A DNA stretch of 64,000 nucleotides from an uncultured Alphaproteobacteria bacterium (GTDB lineage: Bacteria; Pseudomonadota; Alphaproteobacteria; HIMB59; GCA-002718135): assembly GCA_902560725.1 (NCBI GenBank), contig CACEMR010000001.1:134713-198712 (forward strand), given 5' to 3'. The position numbers and the translations under genes were made by a program. The notes below the pieces were generated by a model, which saw only the letters and a program-made list of their open reading frames with translations, searched no databases and had not been told where the DNA came from. This document shows, in pieces, positions 9,456 through 20,222 of this stretch; the stretch's first letter is position 1; each line of letters opens with the position of its first letter.

Positions 9456-10176
9456 GATTTGCTCTTATAATACTTTCCGCTGTAATCAAATCTTCTTTTG
9501 TATCTATGCTAGGAGGAATATTTTTTTCAAATGTTACACCTATGCTTATTCCAGCATCTATGGCTCTATATTGCTCAAGCTTAAGCAATATTTCATTTTT
9601 AGACTTAGGCAATTTCGCAAAATTAAATAAAGACTCTTTTGTATAACTATATATTCCAACATGATGAAAAGTATTATTATCAATTTTATCTCTTAATCTA
9701 AAAAATTCTTTTGCTTTACCAATTTTGTCATTTTTCCAATCTATTACAACTTTTGTAACATTTGGATTTAGACTTTCATTTTCTAAAAGATCTGTCGCTA
9801 ATGTTCCTATTGAATAATTATTTTTAATGGGTTCTATGACTTTTTTAATTTGATCTGACTTAATAAGAGGCATATCTCCTTGTAAATTAATTACACAATC
9901 AAAATCTATATTATTTTTTTTCTCAGTTACCGCAGAGTATATTCTATCGGTACCAGATGGTAAATTAGGATCTGTAAGAATTGCTCTTCCTCCTAAGCTA
10001 TCTATTAAATTAAATACTTCAATTTCCGAGCATGCCACAATTACATCTCCAATATCTGAATTAATAGCTTGTTGCCACACTCTCTGTATCATTGGAATTC
10101 CATTAATATTTACTAATGGCTTTCCAGGAAAACGAGCGGAATCCATTCTAGAGGGTATAATAATGATTGATTTCAT
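9442..10176 (-). CDS. kdsB: 3-deoxy-manno-octulosonate cytidylyltransferase (CMP-Kdo synthetase)
   Basis: N-terminus IIIPSRMDSARFPGKPL and 244 aa length. Confidence 0.9.
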   Translation of the reverse strand: MKSIIIIPSRMDSARFPGKPLVNINGIPMIQRVWQQAINSDIGDVIVACSEIEVFNLIDSLGGRAILTDPNLPSGTDRIYSAVTEKKNNIDFDCVINLQGDMPLIKSDQIKKVIEPIKNNYSIGTLATDLLENESLNPNVTKVVIDWKNDKIGKAKEFFRLRDKIDNNTFHHVGIYSYTKESLFNFAKLPKSKNEILLKLEQYRAIDAGISIGVTFEKNIPPSIDTKEDLITAESIIRANHEKN

Positions 10177-10266
10177 AATTATGCGACAATTAAACTACAA
10201 GTATTAAATTTACTTATCATTACAAATGTATTCATTCATTAAAAAAATCTGTATATACATTTATAC

Positions 10267-10812
10267 ATGTCTGGTCTGGAAGTTAATAAAATATTAGCAT
10301 CTATAATATTTGCCGTTTTAATCGTTACTTTAATTGGCCATTTTGGTGACTTAGTTATCAATATTGAACATCATGATGAAAAAGAAACCGCTTATAAAAT
10401 TGATGTAGAAGAGACTGAATCAACTAAAGGTAGTATTGCAAAAAAAGAAGAAGTGATTGAACCAATTGCAGCACTTCTAGCTAGTGCGTCTATGGAAAAT
10501 GGTGAAAAATTATTTAAGAAATGTGCAACTTGCCATAATTATGAAAAAGGGGGAGCTAACAAAGTAGGTCCTCAACTTTGGAATCTAATAAATAGACCAA
10601 AAGCAAATGTAGATGGTTTCGCTTATTCAAAAGCATTGGCAGAATTTGGTGGTGAATGGACTTATGAAGAATTGGCTGAATTTTTGTACAAACCAAAAAA
10701 ATATATTAAAGGTACAAAAATGAATTTTGCTGGTATTAAAAAAGTAAAAGATCGAGCAAATATTGTTTATTTTTTAAGAGCTCAATCTGATAATCCTATA
10801 CCACTCCCTTAA
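10267..10812 (+). CDS. membrane-anchored class I (mitochondrial-type) cytochrome c
   Basis: N-terminal TM helix, a CATCH heme-binding motif followed by GGANKVGPQLWN, and a distal Met ligand region (GTKMNFAG). Confidence 0.85.
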   Translation: MSGLEVNKILASIIFAVLIVTLIGHFGDLVINIEHHDEKETAYKIDVEETESTKGSIAKKEEVIEPIAALLASASMENGEKLFKKCATCHNYEKGGANKVGPQLWNLINRPKANVDGFAYSKALAEFGGEWTYEELAEFLYKPKKYIKGTKMNFAGIKKVKDRANIVYFLRAQSDNPIPLP

Positions 10813-10820
10813 ATTACAAA

Positions 10821-11597
10821 ATGTCTCTAAATTTAAATGAGTTTGTTAAATTTGCAAACTTACTAGCAGACTCTGCGTCACAAACATCAATGAAATATTT
10901 TAGAACAAAACTAGAAGTAGATAATAAAGATGATGAAAGCCCTGTCACAATTGCAGATAAAGAAACTGAAAAAATTATACGAGATGAGATTAGAAAAAAT
11001 TTTCCTAATCATGGTATTTTAGGTGAAGAGTATGAAAATGAAAATTTAGAATCAGAATTTATATGGGTAATTGACCCAATAGATGGAACACGAAGTTACA
11101 TTGCTGGTCATAAAGATTTTGGTAATTTAATCTCACTGCTTCATAATAATCAACCTATAATTGGTATCATTAATTGTCCTGCTCACAATGAAAGATGGTT
11201 GGGTATTAAGGATGTTAAAACTACTTGTAATGGTAAGAATGTTTTAACTTCAGGTATAAAAAAAATTGAAAATGCCTATCTTTTTACTTCAGGAGTTTAC
11301 TTTTATGAACCATTTTTTAGAAAAGGATTTGAAACGTTAAAAGGAAAAACAAAATATTTTAGACTTGGGGGGGACTGCTACATGTATGGTATGCTTTCAA
11401 GCGGCCTTATAGATATCGTAATTGAAGATACTCTTAAAGCTCACGATTACATGGCTCTTATTAATGTAGTTGAGGGTGCAGGTGGAAAAATATCAGATAA
11501 ATACGGGAAACCTATTACTTTACAATCAGATGGAAGCCTTATAGCCTCTAGTTCCCCTCAGTTACATAATGAAATTATAAATATAATTAATAATTAA
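10821..11597 (+). CDS. inositol monophosphatase family protein (possibly histidinol-phosphatase HisN type)
   Basis: WVIDPIDGT metal-binding motif and GEE motif. 258 aa. Confidence 0.75.
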   Translation: MSLNLNEFVKFANLLADSASQTSMKYFRTKLEVDNKDDESPVTIADKETEKIIRDEIRKNFPNHGILGEEYENENLESEFIWVIDPIDGTRSYIAGHKDFGNLISLLHNNQPIIGIINCPAHNERWLGIKDVKTTCNGKNVLTSGIKKIENAYLFTSGVYFYEPFFRKGFETLKGKTKYFRLGGDCYMYGMLSSGLIDIVIEDTLKAHDYMALINVVEGAGGKISDKYGKPITLQSDGSLIASSSPQLHNEIINIINN

Positions 11598-11640
11598 AAA
11601 TTTCTTTTTTTTCAAAATAGAATTATATTAAAATTATATT

Positions 11641-13464
11641 ATGATTAAGTTTATTGTTTTATTATTTGTATTATGCACTTCATTTAATAGTTATTCTAAA
11701 ACTAATGTTTCTCATGCTATTGCTATGCATGGTGAGCCTAAATATAATGAAGATTTCTTAAATGTTGAATATATTGATATAAATTCTTTAAAAGGAGGAT
11801 CAATTGTAAGAAGTGCAATTGGAACCTTTGACTCCTTTAATCCTTTTACTCTTAAAGGAACTGCCGCGATAGGTATTGGTGCTTTATATGAAACTTTAAC
11901 TACAGGTTCTAGTGATGAGGCATTTACAGAATACGGATTACTAGCAGAAACAATTGAATGGCCAGATGATAGATCTTGGGTATCATATGATATAAGAAAG
12001 GAGGCCAAATGGCATGATGGAAAAAAAATAACGGCAGACGATGTTGTTTGGACTTTTAATACTCTAATGGAAAAGGGTCATCCTTTTTATAGTTATTACT
12101 ATGGAGATGTAGCTGAAGTAATAAAAGAAAATGAACAAAAAGTTAGATTTAATTTTAAAACAAATACTAATAAAGAATTAGTTTTAATAATTGGACAATT
12201 GCCAGTGCTGCCAAAACATTATTGGGAAGATAGAAATTTTGAAGACACTACTCTAGAGATACCAATAGGAAGTGGCCCTTATAAAATTAAATCATTTGAT
12301 AGTGGTAGATCCATTACTTATGAATTGAATAATGAGTATTGGGGTTTTAAAAATAAAATTCCTATAAAGGTAGGTAAAGATAACTTTGGTACAATAAGAT
12401 ATGATTATTATAAAGACAGAGGAATAGAGAGAGAAGCTTTTAAGTCAGGAGAAATTGATTTTTTTAGTGAAAATTCTTCAAAAGAATGGGCTACATCATA
12501 TAATATTAACTCAATCAAAAACGGTTTAATAATTAAAGAATTAATTCAACACGAAAATCCACAAGGTATGCAAGGTTTTGCATTTAATATACGTAAAGAT
12601 AAATTTAAAGATAGAAGAGTCAGAAAAGCTTTATCATATGCTTTTGATTTTGAATGGTCCAACAAAAATCTATTTTTTGATGCTTATATAAGAACAGATA
12701 GTTTTTTTGAAAATTCAGAACTGGCTTCAAGTGGATTGCCATCTAAAGAGGAGTTAAATTATTTAAATCCATATTTCGACGTACTACCAAAAGAAATTTT
12801 TTCGGAAGAATTTAAAAATCCCGTAACTGATGGCTCAGGTTACATGAGAAATCAATTGCAAGAAGCAAGTATTCTTTTAAAAGATGCTGGTTGGGATCTG
12901 ATCAACGGTCAATTGAAACATTCTTCTACAAATGAAATTTTTGAGTTTGAAATTTTACTACGTTCACCTGCATTCGAAAGAATAGTTTTGCCATTTAGAG
13001 ATAATCTAGAAAAATTAGGAATAAATGTAATAGTCAGAACAATTGATAGTGCGGAATATCAAAAAAAAATAGAAACCTTTGATTTTGATATGATTGTACA
13101 AACATTCTCTCAGTCACTCTCACCAGGAAATGAACAAAGGAGTTTTTGGGGTTCTGATGCAGCTGATACTAATGGATCAAGAAATGTAATTGGTATCAAA
13201 AATTATGCAGTTGACGGATTAGTAGAAAGTTTAATTAATGCAAAAGATAGAGATGAATTAATTACAATTACTAGAGCTTTAGATAGAGTTCTGCTTTGGA
13301 ACTATTATGTTATTCCTCAATGGCATATTTCATCTTATAGGGTTCTTTACTGGGATTTTTTTGATCAGCCTGCCCGTAAACCCAAATACTCACTTGGTTT
13401 TGATACTTGGTGGATTAATCAAAATAAATACAACCAAATTCAATCAAATAGAACTTCAAACTAA
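11641..13464 (+). CDS. ABC transporter periplasmic substrate-binding protein, family 5 (YejA-like peptide/opine binding)
   Basis: 607 aa with a signal peptide. It is followed by two permeases and a fused double ATPase in YejABEF order. Confidence 0.8.
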   Translation: MIKFIVLLFVLCTSFNSYSKTNVSHAIAMHGEPKYNEDFLNVEYIDINSLKGGSIVRSAIGTFDSFNPFTLKGTAAIGIGALYETLTTGSSDEAFTEYGLLAETIEWPDDRSWVSYDIRKEAKWHDGKKITADDVVWTFNTLMEKGHPFYSYYYGDVAEVIKENEQKVRFNFKTNTNKELVLIIGQLPVLPKHYWEDRNFEDTTLEIPIGSGPYKIKSFDSGRSITYELNNEYWGFKNKIPIKVGKDNFGTIRYDYYKDRGIEREAFKSGEIDFFSENSSKEWATSYNINSIKNGLIIKELIQHENPQGMQGFAFNIRKDKFKDRRVRKALSYAFDFEWSNKNLFFDAYIRTDSFFENSELASSGLPSKEELNYLNPYFDVLPKEIFSEEFKNPVTDGSGYMRNQLQEASILLKDAGWDLINGQLKHSSTNEIFEFEILLRSPAFERIVLPFRDNLEKLGINVIVRTIDSAEYQKKIETFDFDMIVQTFSQSLSPGNEQRSFWGSDAADTNGSRNVIGIKNYAVDGLVESLINAKDRDELITITRALDRVLLWNYYVIPQWHISSYRVLYWDFFDQPARKPKYSLGFDTWWINQNKYNQIQSNRTSN

Positions 13465-13504
13465 TTATTAAAGTTTGTCATAAATAATATACAATAATTA
13501 AATT

Positions 13505-14599
13505 ATGGGAGCCTATCTAATAAAAAGACTCTTGCTAATTATTCCGACACTTCTTGGAATTATGTTGATAAATTTTGCAATTGTACAATTTGTTCCAGGA
13601 GGCCCAGTAGAGCAATTAATTGCGCAAATGACTGGAACTGCCGTAGAGTCTACGGCAAGATTTTCCGGAAGTAATGAAGGAGAAGCTCTAGAGTTTGATA
13701 CTAGTAACTCATCATCAAGTAACACATACAGGGGCTCACAAGGTTTAGATCCAGAAATTATTAAAGAAATAGAAAAAATGTATGGCATGGACAAACCAGC
13801 TATTGAAAGATTTGCAAAGATGATGAAAGATTATTTAACGTTCAATTTTGGAGAGAGCTTCTTTAGAGATCAAAAAGTTACAGAATTAGTTCTAGATAAA
13901 ATGCCGGTATCGATTTCACTAGGATTATGGACAACTTTACTGGTTTATTTAATCTCTATTCCTTTAGGAATAAGAAAAGCTATAAAAGATGGAACTAAAT
14001 TTGATATTATATCTAGCTCTATAGTTACAATTGGATATGCAATACCAAATTTTTTATTTGCTGTAATTCTTATAGTTTTTTTTGCTGGAGGAAGATTTTA
14101 TGATATTTTTCCACTTAGAGGTTTATTTTCTGCAAATTTTGAAGATTTATCATTGTTAGAAAAAATAATAGATTATTTTTGGCATCTAGCCCTACCACTT
14201 ACTGCCATGATTGTAAGTGGTTTTGCTGGTTTAGTATTTTTAACTAAAAATTCATTTATTGATCAAATAAATCAACAATATGTAATGACTGCAAAAGCAA
14301 AAGGTTTAACTGATAGAAGTGTATTATATGGACATGTTTTTAGAAATGCTATGTTAATTGTTTTAGCAGGTTTTCCAGCTGCTTTTATTGGAATACTTTT
14401 CACGGGATCATTATTTATAGAGGTTATTTTTTCTTTAGATGGGCTTGGATTATTAGGATATGAAGCAGTTATTATGAGAGACTATCCTGTAATCTTCGCA
14501 ACTCTCTATTTCTTTTCTTTACTTGGTTTGATCATGGGTATCATCAGTGACTTTATGTATTCAATAATTGATCCACGAATTGACTTTGAAGCAAGATGA
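13505..14599 (+). CDS. ABC transporter permease (YejB-like)
   Basis: Polytopic, BPD-transporter type, with a long periplasmic insertion after TM1 as in DppB/YejB. Confidence 0.8.
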   Translation: MGAYLIKRLLLIIPTLLGIMLINFAIVQFVPGGPVEQLIAQMTGTAVESTARFSGSNEGEALEFDTSNSSSSNTYRGSQGLDPEIIKEIEKMYGMDKPAIERFAKMMKDYLTFNFGESFFRDQKVTELVLDKMPVSISLGLWTTLLVYLISIPLGIRKAIKDGTKFDIISSSIVTIGYAIPNFLFAVILIVFFAGGRFYDIFPLRGLFSANFEDLSLLEKIIDYFWHLALPLTAMIVSGFAGLVFLTKNSFIDQINQQYVMTAKAKGLTDRSVLYGHVFRNAMLIVLAGFPAAFIGILFTGSLFIEVIFSLDGLGLLGYEAVIMRDYPVIFATLYFFSLLGLIMGIISDFMYSIIDPRIDFEAR

Positions 14600-15627
14600 A
14601 TATGAAATTAACTAAACTCAATCAAAGAAGACTCGATAATTTTAAATCAAACAAAAGAGGGTATTACTCTTTTTTGATTTTTAGTTTTTTATTTATTGTT
14701 TCTTTGTTTGCAAATTTCATTGCTAATGAAAGACCTTTACTAATAAAATATAATAAGAATTTTTATTATCCAATATTTTCATATTATTCTGAAACAACAT
14801 TCGGTGGAGATTTTGAAACAGAGGCTGATTACAAAGATCCATACGTAAGAAATCTAATTTATGAAAAAGGTTGGATGATTATGCCAATTATACCATATTC
14901 ATATGATACTATTATAAGAGATCTATCTTCACCTGCACCATCTGCACCATCAAAATCTAATTGGCTAGGCACAGATGACCAAGCAAGGGATGTGCTTTCA
15001 AGAGTAATATACGGTTTTCGTATATCTGTTTTATTTGGTTTTACTTTAACTTTTTTTTCAATGATTATAGGAGTTTCAGCTGGTGCAATTCAAGGTTATT
15101 TTGGAGGTAAAATAGATTTATTTTTTCAAAGATTTATGGAAGTTTGGTCAGCTATTCCAACTCTCTATGTTTTAATAATTTTAGCAAGTATGATTCAGCC
15201 TAATTTTTGGTGGTTACTTCTTATCCTATTACTTTTTAGTTGGATGGGCTATGTTGGAGTTGTTCGTGCTGAATTTTTAAGAGCAAGAAATTTTGATTAT
15301 ATAAGAGCAGCAAGAGCATTAGGGGTATCAAACACGACCATTATGTTTAGGCATTTGTTACCAAATGCCACCATTGCTACAATTACATTCCTCCCTTTTA
15401 GTTTAAGTGCTTCAGTGACTGCTTTATCTGGATTAGATTTTTTAGGTTTTGGACTACCACCTGGTTCAGCATCTCTTGGAGAAATGGTAAATCAAGGTCG
15501 AAATAATTTACAAGCTCCATGGCTTGGAATAACCAGCTTTTTAACTTTGGGATTAATGCTTGGCTTATTGGTTTTTGTAGGTGAGGCAATTAGAGACTCA
15601 TTGGATCCTAGGAAAACATTTAAATAA
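14596..15627 (+). CDS. ABC transporter permease (YejE-like)
   Basis: Polytopic with an EAA-like loop (RAARALGVSNTTIMFRHLLPN). The start overlaps the upstream stop (ATGA). Confidence 0.8.
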   Translation: MNMKLTKLNQRRLDNFKSNKRGYYSFLIFSFLFIVSLFANFIANERPLLIKYNKNFYYPIFSYYSETTFGGDFETEADYKDPYVRNLIYEKGWMIMPIIPYSYDTIIRDLSSPAPSAPSKSNWLGTDDQARDVLSRVIYGFRISVLFGFTLTFFSMIIGVSAGAIQGYFGGKIDLFFQRFMEVWSAIPTLYVLIILASMIQPNFWWLLLILLLFSWMGYVGVVRAEFLRARNFDYIRAARALGVSNTTIMFRHLLPNATIATITFLPFSLSASVTALSGLDFLGFGLPPGSASLGEMVNQGRNNLQAPWLGITSFLTLGLMLGLLVFVGEAIRDSLDPRKTFK

Positions 15628-15628
15628 A

Positions 15629-17203
15629 ATGGATAAGATAATATCAATTAAAAATCTTACTATTTCATTTAAAAATAATGAGGTTGTTAAAAACGTTAAT
15701 TTAGAAATTACTAAAGGTAAAACTACAGCAATAGTTGGTGAGTCAGGCTCAGGTAAAACATTAACTGCATTAAGCGTTTTAAAACTACTTCCTAATAGTG
15801 CAAAAATAAAATCAGGAGAGATTTTCTTTAAAAATAAAAATATTTTATCTGAAACTGATAAAATTATTCAAAAAATAAGAGGAAATAAAATTGCAACTAT
15901 TTTTCAGGAACCAATGACTAGTTTGAACCCACTTCATACAATAAATAAACAAATCGAAGAAATAATTTTTACTCACAACAATATAAATTCTAAAAAAGTA
16001 AAAAAAATAACTAGAGATTTATTAAATGAAGTTGGTCTTAAAGATTTATCTGAAAGACCTAAAGTATATCCATATGAGTTGTCAGGGGGGCAAAGACAAA
16101 GAGTAATGATAGCTATGAGCATAGCAAATAACCCTGATGTATTAATAGCTGATGAACCTACAACGGCACTTGATGTAACAATTCAAATACAAATATTAGA
16201 TTTATTATCAAATCTTCAAAAAAAACTTGGAATGACAATGCTTTTTATTAGTCATGATTTATCTGTAGTAAAAAAAATATCAGATTTTGTATATGTTATG
16301 AAGGAGGGGAAAATTATTGAAAGTGGTAATAATGAAAAAATATTTAAAAATCCCGAACATGAATATACAAAAAAATTAATATCTTCTAATAGTAAGAAAA
16401 AAATTAATCTATTTTCACAACAAAAGGAAATTTTAAAGATAGATAATTTAAAGGTTTGGTATCCTATTAAAAAAGGCATATTCAAGAGAACAATTGATCA
16501 CGTTAAAGCAATTAATAATTTAAGTTTTAGTCTCAAAAAGGGTGAAAGTATTGGAATCGTTGGTGAGTCTGGTTCTGGAAAAACGTCTCTAATATTAGCT
16601 ATACTCAAACTAATTAAATCTGAAGGAAAGGTGCTTATTAATAATAGAGATATAAATCAATCTAGTCAAAATGAGCTTTTAAGGATGAGAAAAGAAATTC
16701 AAATAGTTTTCCAAGACCCTTTTTCATCTTTGAGTCCTAGAATGAATATTGAGGAAATAATATTAGAAGGTTTGAATATTCATTATTCTAATATGTCAAA
16801 AGAGGAAGAAATTTCAAAATTAAAAAATGTTTTAGATAATGTTGGTTTAAATTATTTTGAAACTATAGAAAAATATCCCCACGAATTTTCAGGTGGACAG
16901 AGACAAAGAATTGCAATTGCCAGAGCATTAATACTGGAACCAAAAATTTTGGTTTTAGATGAACCTACATCTGCTCTTGATATAACTGTTCAAAATCAAA
17001 TAATAAAATTATTAAATGAATTGCAAAAAAAACTTTCTTTAAGCTATGTTTTTATTAGTCATGATATGAAAGTTATTAGATCTATCGCAGATAAAGTAAT
17101 TGTTCTTAAAAACGGTATTGTTGTTGAAGAAAATAGTAGTGATGAAATTTTTAATAATCCAAAGTCAAAATATACAAAAAATTTAATTAGATCTGTATTA
17201 TAA
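15629..17203 (+). CDS. ABC transporter ATP-binding protein with two fused ATPase domains (YejF-like)
   Basis: Two Walker A motifs (GESGSGKT twice) and two LSGGQRQR signatures. The start is set to ATG 15629 (MDKIISIK), just after the yejE-like stop. The track ORF start at 15581 overlaps the preceding gene. Confidence 0.85.
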   Translation: MDKIISIKNLTISFKNNEVVKNVNLEITKGKTTAIVGESGSGKTLTALSVLKLLPNSAKIKSGEIFFKNKNILSETDKIIQKIRGNKIATIFQEPMTSLNPLHTINKQIEEIIFTHNNINSKKVKKITRDLLNEVGLKDLSERPKVYPYELSGGQRQRVMIAMSIANNPDVLIADEPTTALDVTIQIQILDLLSNLQKKLGMTMLFISHDLSVVKKISDFVYVMKEGKIIESGNNEKIFKNPEHEYTKKLISSNSKKKINLFSQQKEILKIDNLKVWYPIKKGIFKRTIDHVKAINNLSFSLKKGESIGIVGESGSGKTSLILAILKLIKSEGKVLINNRDINQSSQNELLRMRKEIQIVFQDPFSSLSPRMNIEEIILEGLNIHYSNMSKEEEISKLKNVLDNVGLNYFETIEKYPHEFSGGQRQRIAIARALILEPKILVLDEPTSALDITVQNQIIKLLNELQKKLSLSYVFISHDMKVIRSIADKVIVLKNGIVVEENSSDEIFNNPKSKYTKNLIRSVL

Positions 17204-17204
17204 G

Positions 17205-19184
17205 ATGAATTATGAGCCTAAAAAAGAAATAGCTGAAAAATTATTAGAAAGCTTTAATGAAAAACTTTATTTTGATGTAATAAAAAAAATATCAGAATTA
17301 CGTACACAGTATCCAGATTCAATTTTTTTATTAAATGTTTTAGGAGTAACATACAATAAATTAAATAAATACGATGAAGCAATTAAATGCTTTAATGACT
17401 TATTAAAAATTAATAAAAATTTTGCAGATGCATATTTTAATTTAGGTATAATTTATAAAAAAATAAAAGAAGAAAAAAAATCAATTTTTAACTATAATCA
17501 ATGCATAAAAATTAATCCAAAAAAATTTGAGGCATATAATAATCTAGGTAATATTTATAAAGAAAGACAGGAAATAAAAATTGCAATTAAAAAATATTTA
17601 CAATGTCTTGAAATAAATCCAAATTATATAATTGCACTTCAAAATTTTGCTGTTTGTTTACAAAATTTTAAATTTAACAAAACATCTAGCATAGTTGATA
17701 GACACATAATTAATTTGTTAGAGCAAGAAAAAATAGTAAGACCTGTTGATATTATTTTCACAATAATTGATTATCTTTATTTAAATCCAAAACTTAAACT
17801 TATTTTAAAAAATATAGATGATTTAGAAAATAATTTACCTCTAAATGAATTAGTTATGGAAATTTCTAATATTAAAATTTTAATACTATTAATAGAAAAT
17901 ACTCCAATAACTGATTTAAAAATTGAGAAAATTTTAAGATATTTAAGGTCAGAAATTTTATTAAATTTATCAACTTTAGAAAGCAGAAAAGTTGCATTAA
18001 AATTAATGAAATCACTAGCCAAACAATGTTTCATAAACGAATACATATATCCTTTCGGTAAAAAAGAAGAGGGTATTCTGAATAATATTGAAAAAAAAAT
18101 AATTAAAGATTTACAAAAAAATTCTTTTACACAAAACGACTTAGAAATTGCATGCTTGGCTGCTTATAGGCCATTACATATATTAAAATGGTCAAATAAG
18201 ATTAAGCAAATACCAAATCTAAAAGATTTAGTAAAACAGCAAATTAATGAACCACAGGAAGAACTTAATCTAAGAAAAAAATTACTTTCATTAAATATTA
18301 AAAATAAGATTTCATTAAATGTCAAAAATCAATATGAGAATAATCCATATCCTAGATGGAATAAAGTTGCTTTATATAGAATTCCAAAAAAACCTTTGAT
18401 GTTTTTCAAAAATCTTGAACTTAATATAAAAGAAGAAAATATTCAAAAATGGAAAAATATAAATGTATTAGTTGCTGGATGTGGAACTGGACAACACGCT
18501 ATAACAACAGCAACAAAGTATGAAAATTCATTTGTAACAGCTATTGACTTAAGTGCTCAAAGTTTATGCTATGCAAAAAGAAAAGCAGATGAATTTGAAA
18601 TTAAAAATATTGAATTTATTCAAATGGATTTATTGGACTTAAAAAAAATATCAAAAAAATTTGATATCATAGAAAGTGTTGGTGTGCTGCATCATATGGA
18701 TAATCCATTTAAAGGTTGGCAAATATTGAATGAATTTTTAAATCCTAATGGACTCATGATGATAGGTCTTTATAGCAAAATTGCGAGAGAGCATATTTCA
18801 AAAATTCGTAATGAAATAAAAAAAGAAAAAATTAATATTAATGAAGAAAATATAATAAAATATAGAGAAGAAATAATATCTTCTAAAAATTATAATTTTC
18901 ATTTAATAAAACAAAGTAGTGATTTCTTTTCGCTTAGCACTTTAAGAGATTTATTATTCCATGTCCAAGAACATACTTTTACAATTTCACAAATAATTAA
19001 AAATCTTAATCATTTAAAATTAACATTTTCTGGTTTTGAAAATAGAAACTTAATAAATTTATTTAAAAACAAAAACAATGACAAAAAAGATTTATATAAT
19101 CTAAATCTTTGGAAAAAGTTTGAAATTGATAATCCAAGAATTTTTGCAGGTATGTATCAATTTTGGTGTCAAAAAAATTTATAA
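17205..19184 (+). CDS. TPR-repeat protein fused to a class I SAM-dependent methyltransferase domain
   Basis: N-terminal TPR repeats (repeated A..YFNLG / AYNNLGNIY patterns), a central region of about 230 aa of unknown function, then SAM motif I VLVAGCGTGQHA with post-I IDLS and motif II DIIESVGVLHH. Confidence 0.7.
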   Translation: MNYEPKKEIAEKLLESFNEKLYFDVIKKISELRTQYPDSIFLLNVLGVTYNKLNKYDEAIKCFNDLLKINKNFADAYFNLGIIYKKIKEEKKSIFNYNQCIKINPKKFEAYNNLGNIYKERQEIKIAIKKYLQCLEINPNYIIALQNFAVCLQNFKFNKTSSIVDRHIINLLEQEKIVRPVDIIFTIIDYLYLNPKLKLILKNIDDLENNLPLNELVMEISNIKILILLIENTPITDLKIEKILRYLRSEILLNLSTLESRKVALKLMKSLAKQCFINEYIYPFGKKEEGILNNIEKKIIKDLQKNSFTQNDLEIACLAAYRPLHILKWSNKIKQIPNLKDLVKQQINEPQEELNLRKKLLSLNIKNKISLNVKNQYENNPYPRWNKVALYRIPKKPLMFFKNLELNIKEENIQKWKNINVLVAGCGTGQHAITTATKYENSFVTAIDLSAQSLCYAKRKADEFEIKNIEFIQMDLLDLKKISKKFDIIESVGVLHHMDNPFKGWQILNEFLNPNGLMMIGLYSKIAREHISKIRNEIKKEKININEENIIKYREEIISSKNYNFHLIKQSSDFFSLSTLRDLLFHVQEHTFTISQIIKNLNHLKLTFSGFENRNLINLFKNKNNDKKDLYNLNLWKKFEIDNPRIFAGMYQFWCQKNL

Positions 19185-20222
19185 TTTTTTCAAATTATTT
19201 AAATCTTCATCTACCATAATATTTACAAGTTGATTAAAGTTTACCTTTGGCTTCCAACCTAAAAGTTTTTTTATTTTAGTATAGTCTCCTTTTAGATATT
19301 CAACTTCATTTGGCCTAAAGTATATTTTATCAATTTTTACATGAATTTTATTTGTTTTTTTATCATAACCAACTTCTTTTATGCCTTTACCCTTCCAGGC
19401 AATTTTTATACCAACTCTTTTAAATGCTAACTCAATAAAATTTCTTACAGAATGAGTTTTATTTGTAGCTATCACAAAATCTTCTGGTTTTTTATATTGC
19501 ATTATTTTCCACATTGCATCAACATAGTCTACAGCATAACCCCAATCCCTATATGAGTTAAGGTTTCCAACATAAAGTACATCTCTTAATCCTAATGAAA
19601 TTTCTGCTACTGCTTTAGTAGTTTTTTTAGAAATAAAATTCTCTCCCCTAACAGGACTTTCATGGTTAAACATAATACCATTACATGCAAACAGACCATA
19701 TGCTTGTCTGTAAATTTTTGTATTCCAATATGCTAATAGTTTTGCAGATGCGTAAGGACTCACCGGCATAAAATCTGAATTTTCATTTAATGTTTTTTTT
19801 TGATTACCATACATTTCAGAAGTTGAAGCTTGGAAAAATTTGACAGATTTTTTAAACTTTAGCTTTGATATTGCATCTAATAATCTTAAGTTACCAATAC
19901 CATCAACATTTGTTGTATATTCTGGATTAATGAAACTTATAGCTACATGACTTTGAGCACCTAAATTATATATCTCATCAGGTTTAATTTTATTTAATAG
20001 ATCATAAAGAGACAAAGAATCTGTTAGATCCCCATAATGAAGAATAAGTTTTTTTCCCTTCATTTGATGTTCTTGATAAATTGAGTCAATTCTCTTTGTA
20101 TTAAAAGATGAGGCTCTTCTTTTAATTCCATGAACTTCATAGTTTTTATTAAGTAAAAATTTAGCTAACAAAGACCCATCTTGGCCAGTTATTCCAGTTA
20201 TAAATGCTATTTTTCTTTTCAT
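19179..20222 (-). CDS. gmd: GDP-mannose 4,6-dehydratase
   Basis: ITGITGQDGSLLAKFLL Rossmann motif, YASAK catalytic motif, and the NHESPVRGENF motif typical of Gmd. Confidence 0.9.
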   Translation of the reverse strand: MKRKIAFITGITGQDGSLLAKFLLNKNYEVHGIKRRASSFNTKRIDSIYQEHQMKGKKLILHYGDLTDSLSLYDLLNKIKPDEIYNLGAQSHVAISFINPEYTTNVDGIGNLRLLDAISKLKFKKSVKFFQASTSEMYGNQKKTLNENSDFMPVSPYASAKLLAYWNTKIYRQAYGLFACNGIMFNHESPVRGENFISKKTTKAVAEISLGLRDVLYVGNLNSYRDWGYAVDYVDAMWKIMQYKKPEDFVIATNKTHSVRNFIELAFKRVGIKIAWKGKGIKEVGYDKKTNKIHVKIDKIYFRPNEVEYLKGDYTKIKKLLGWKPKVNFNQLVNIMVDEDLNNLKKL

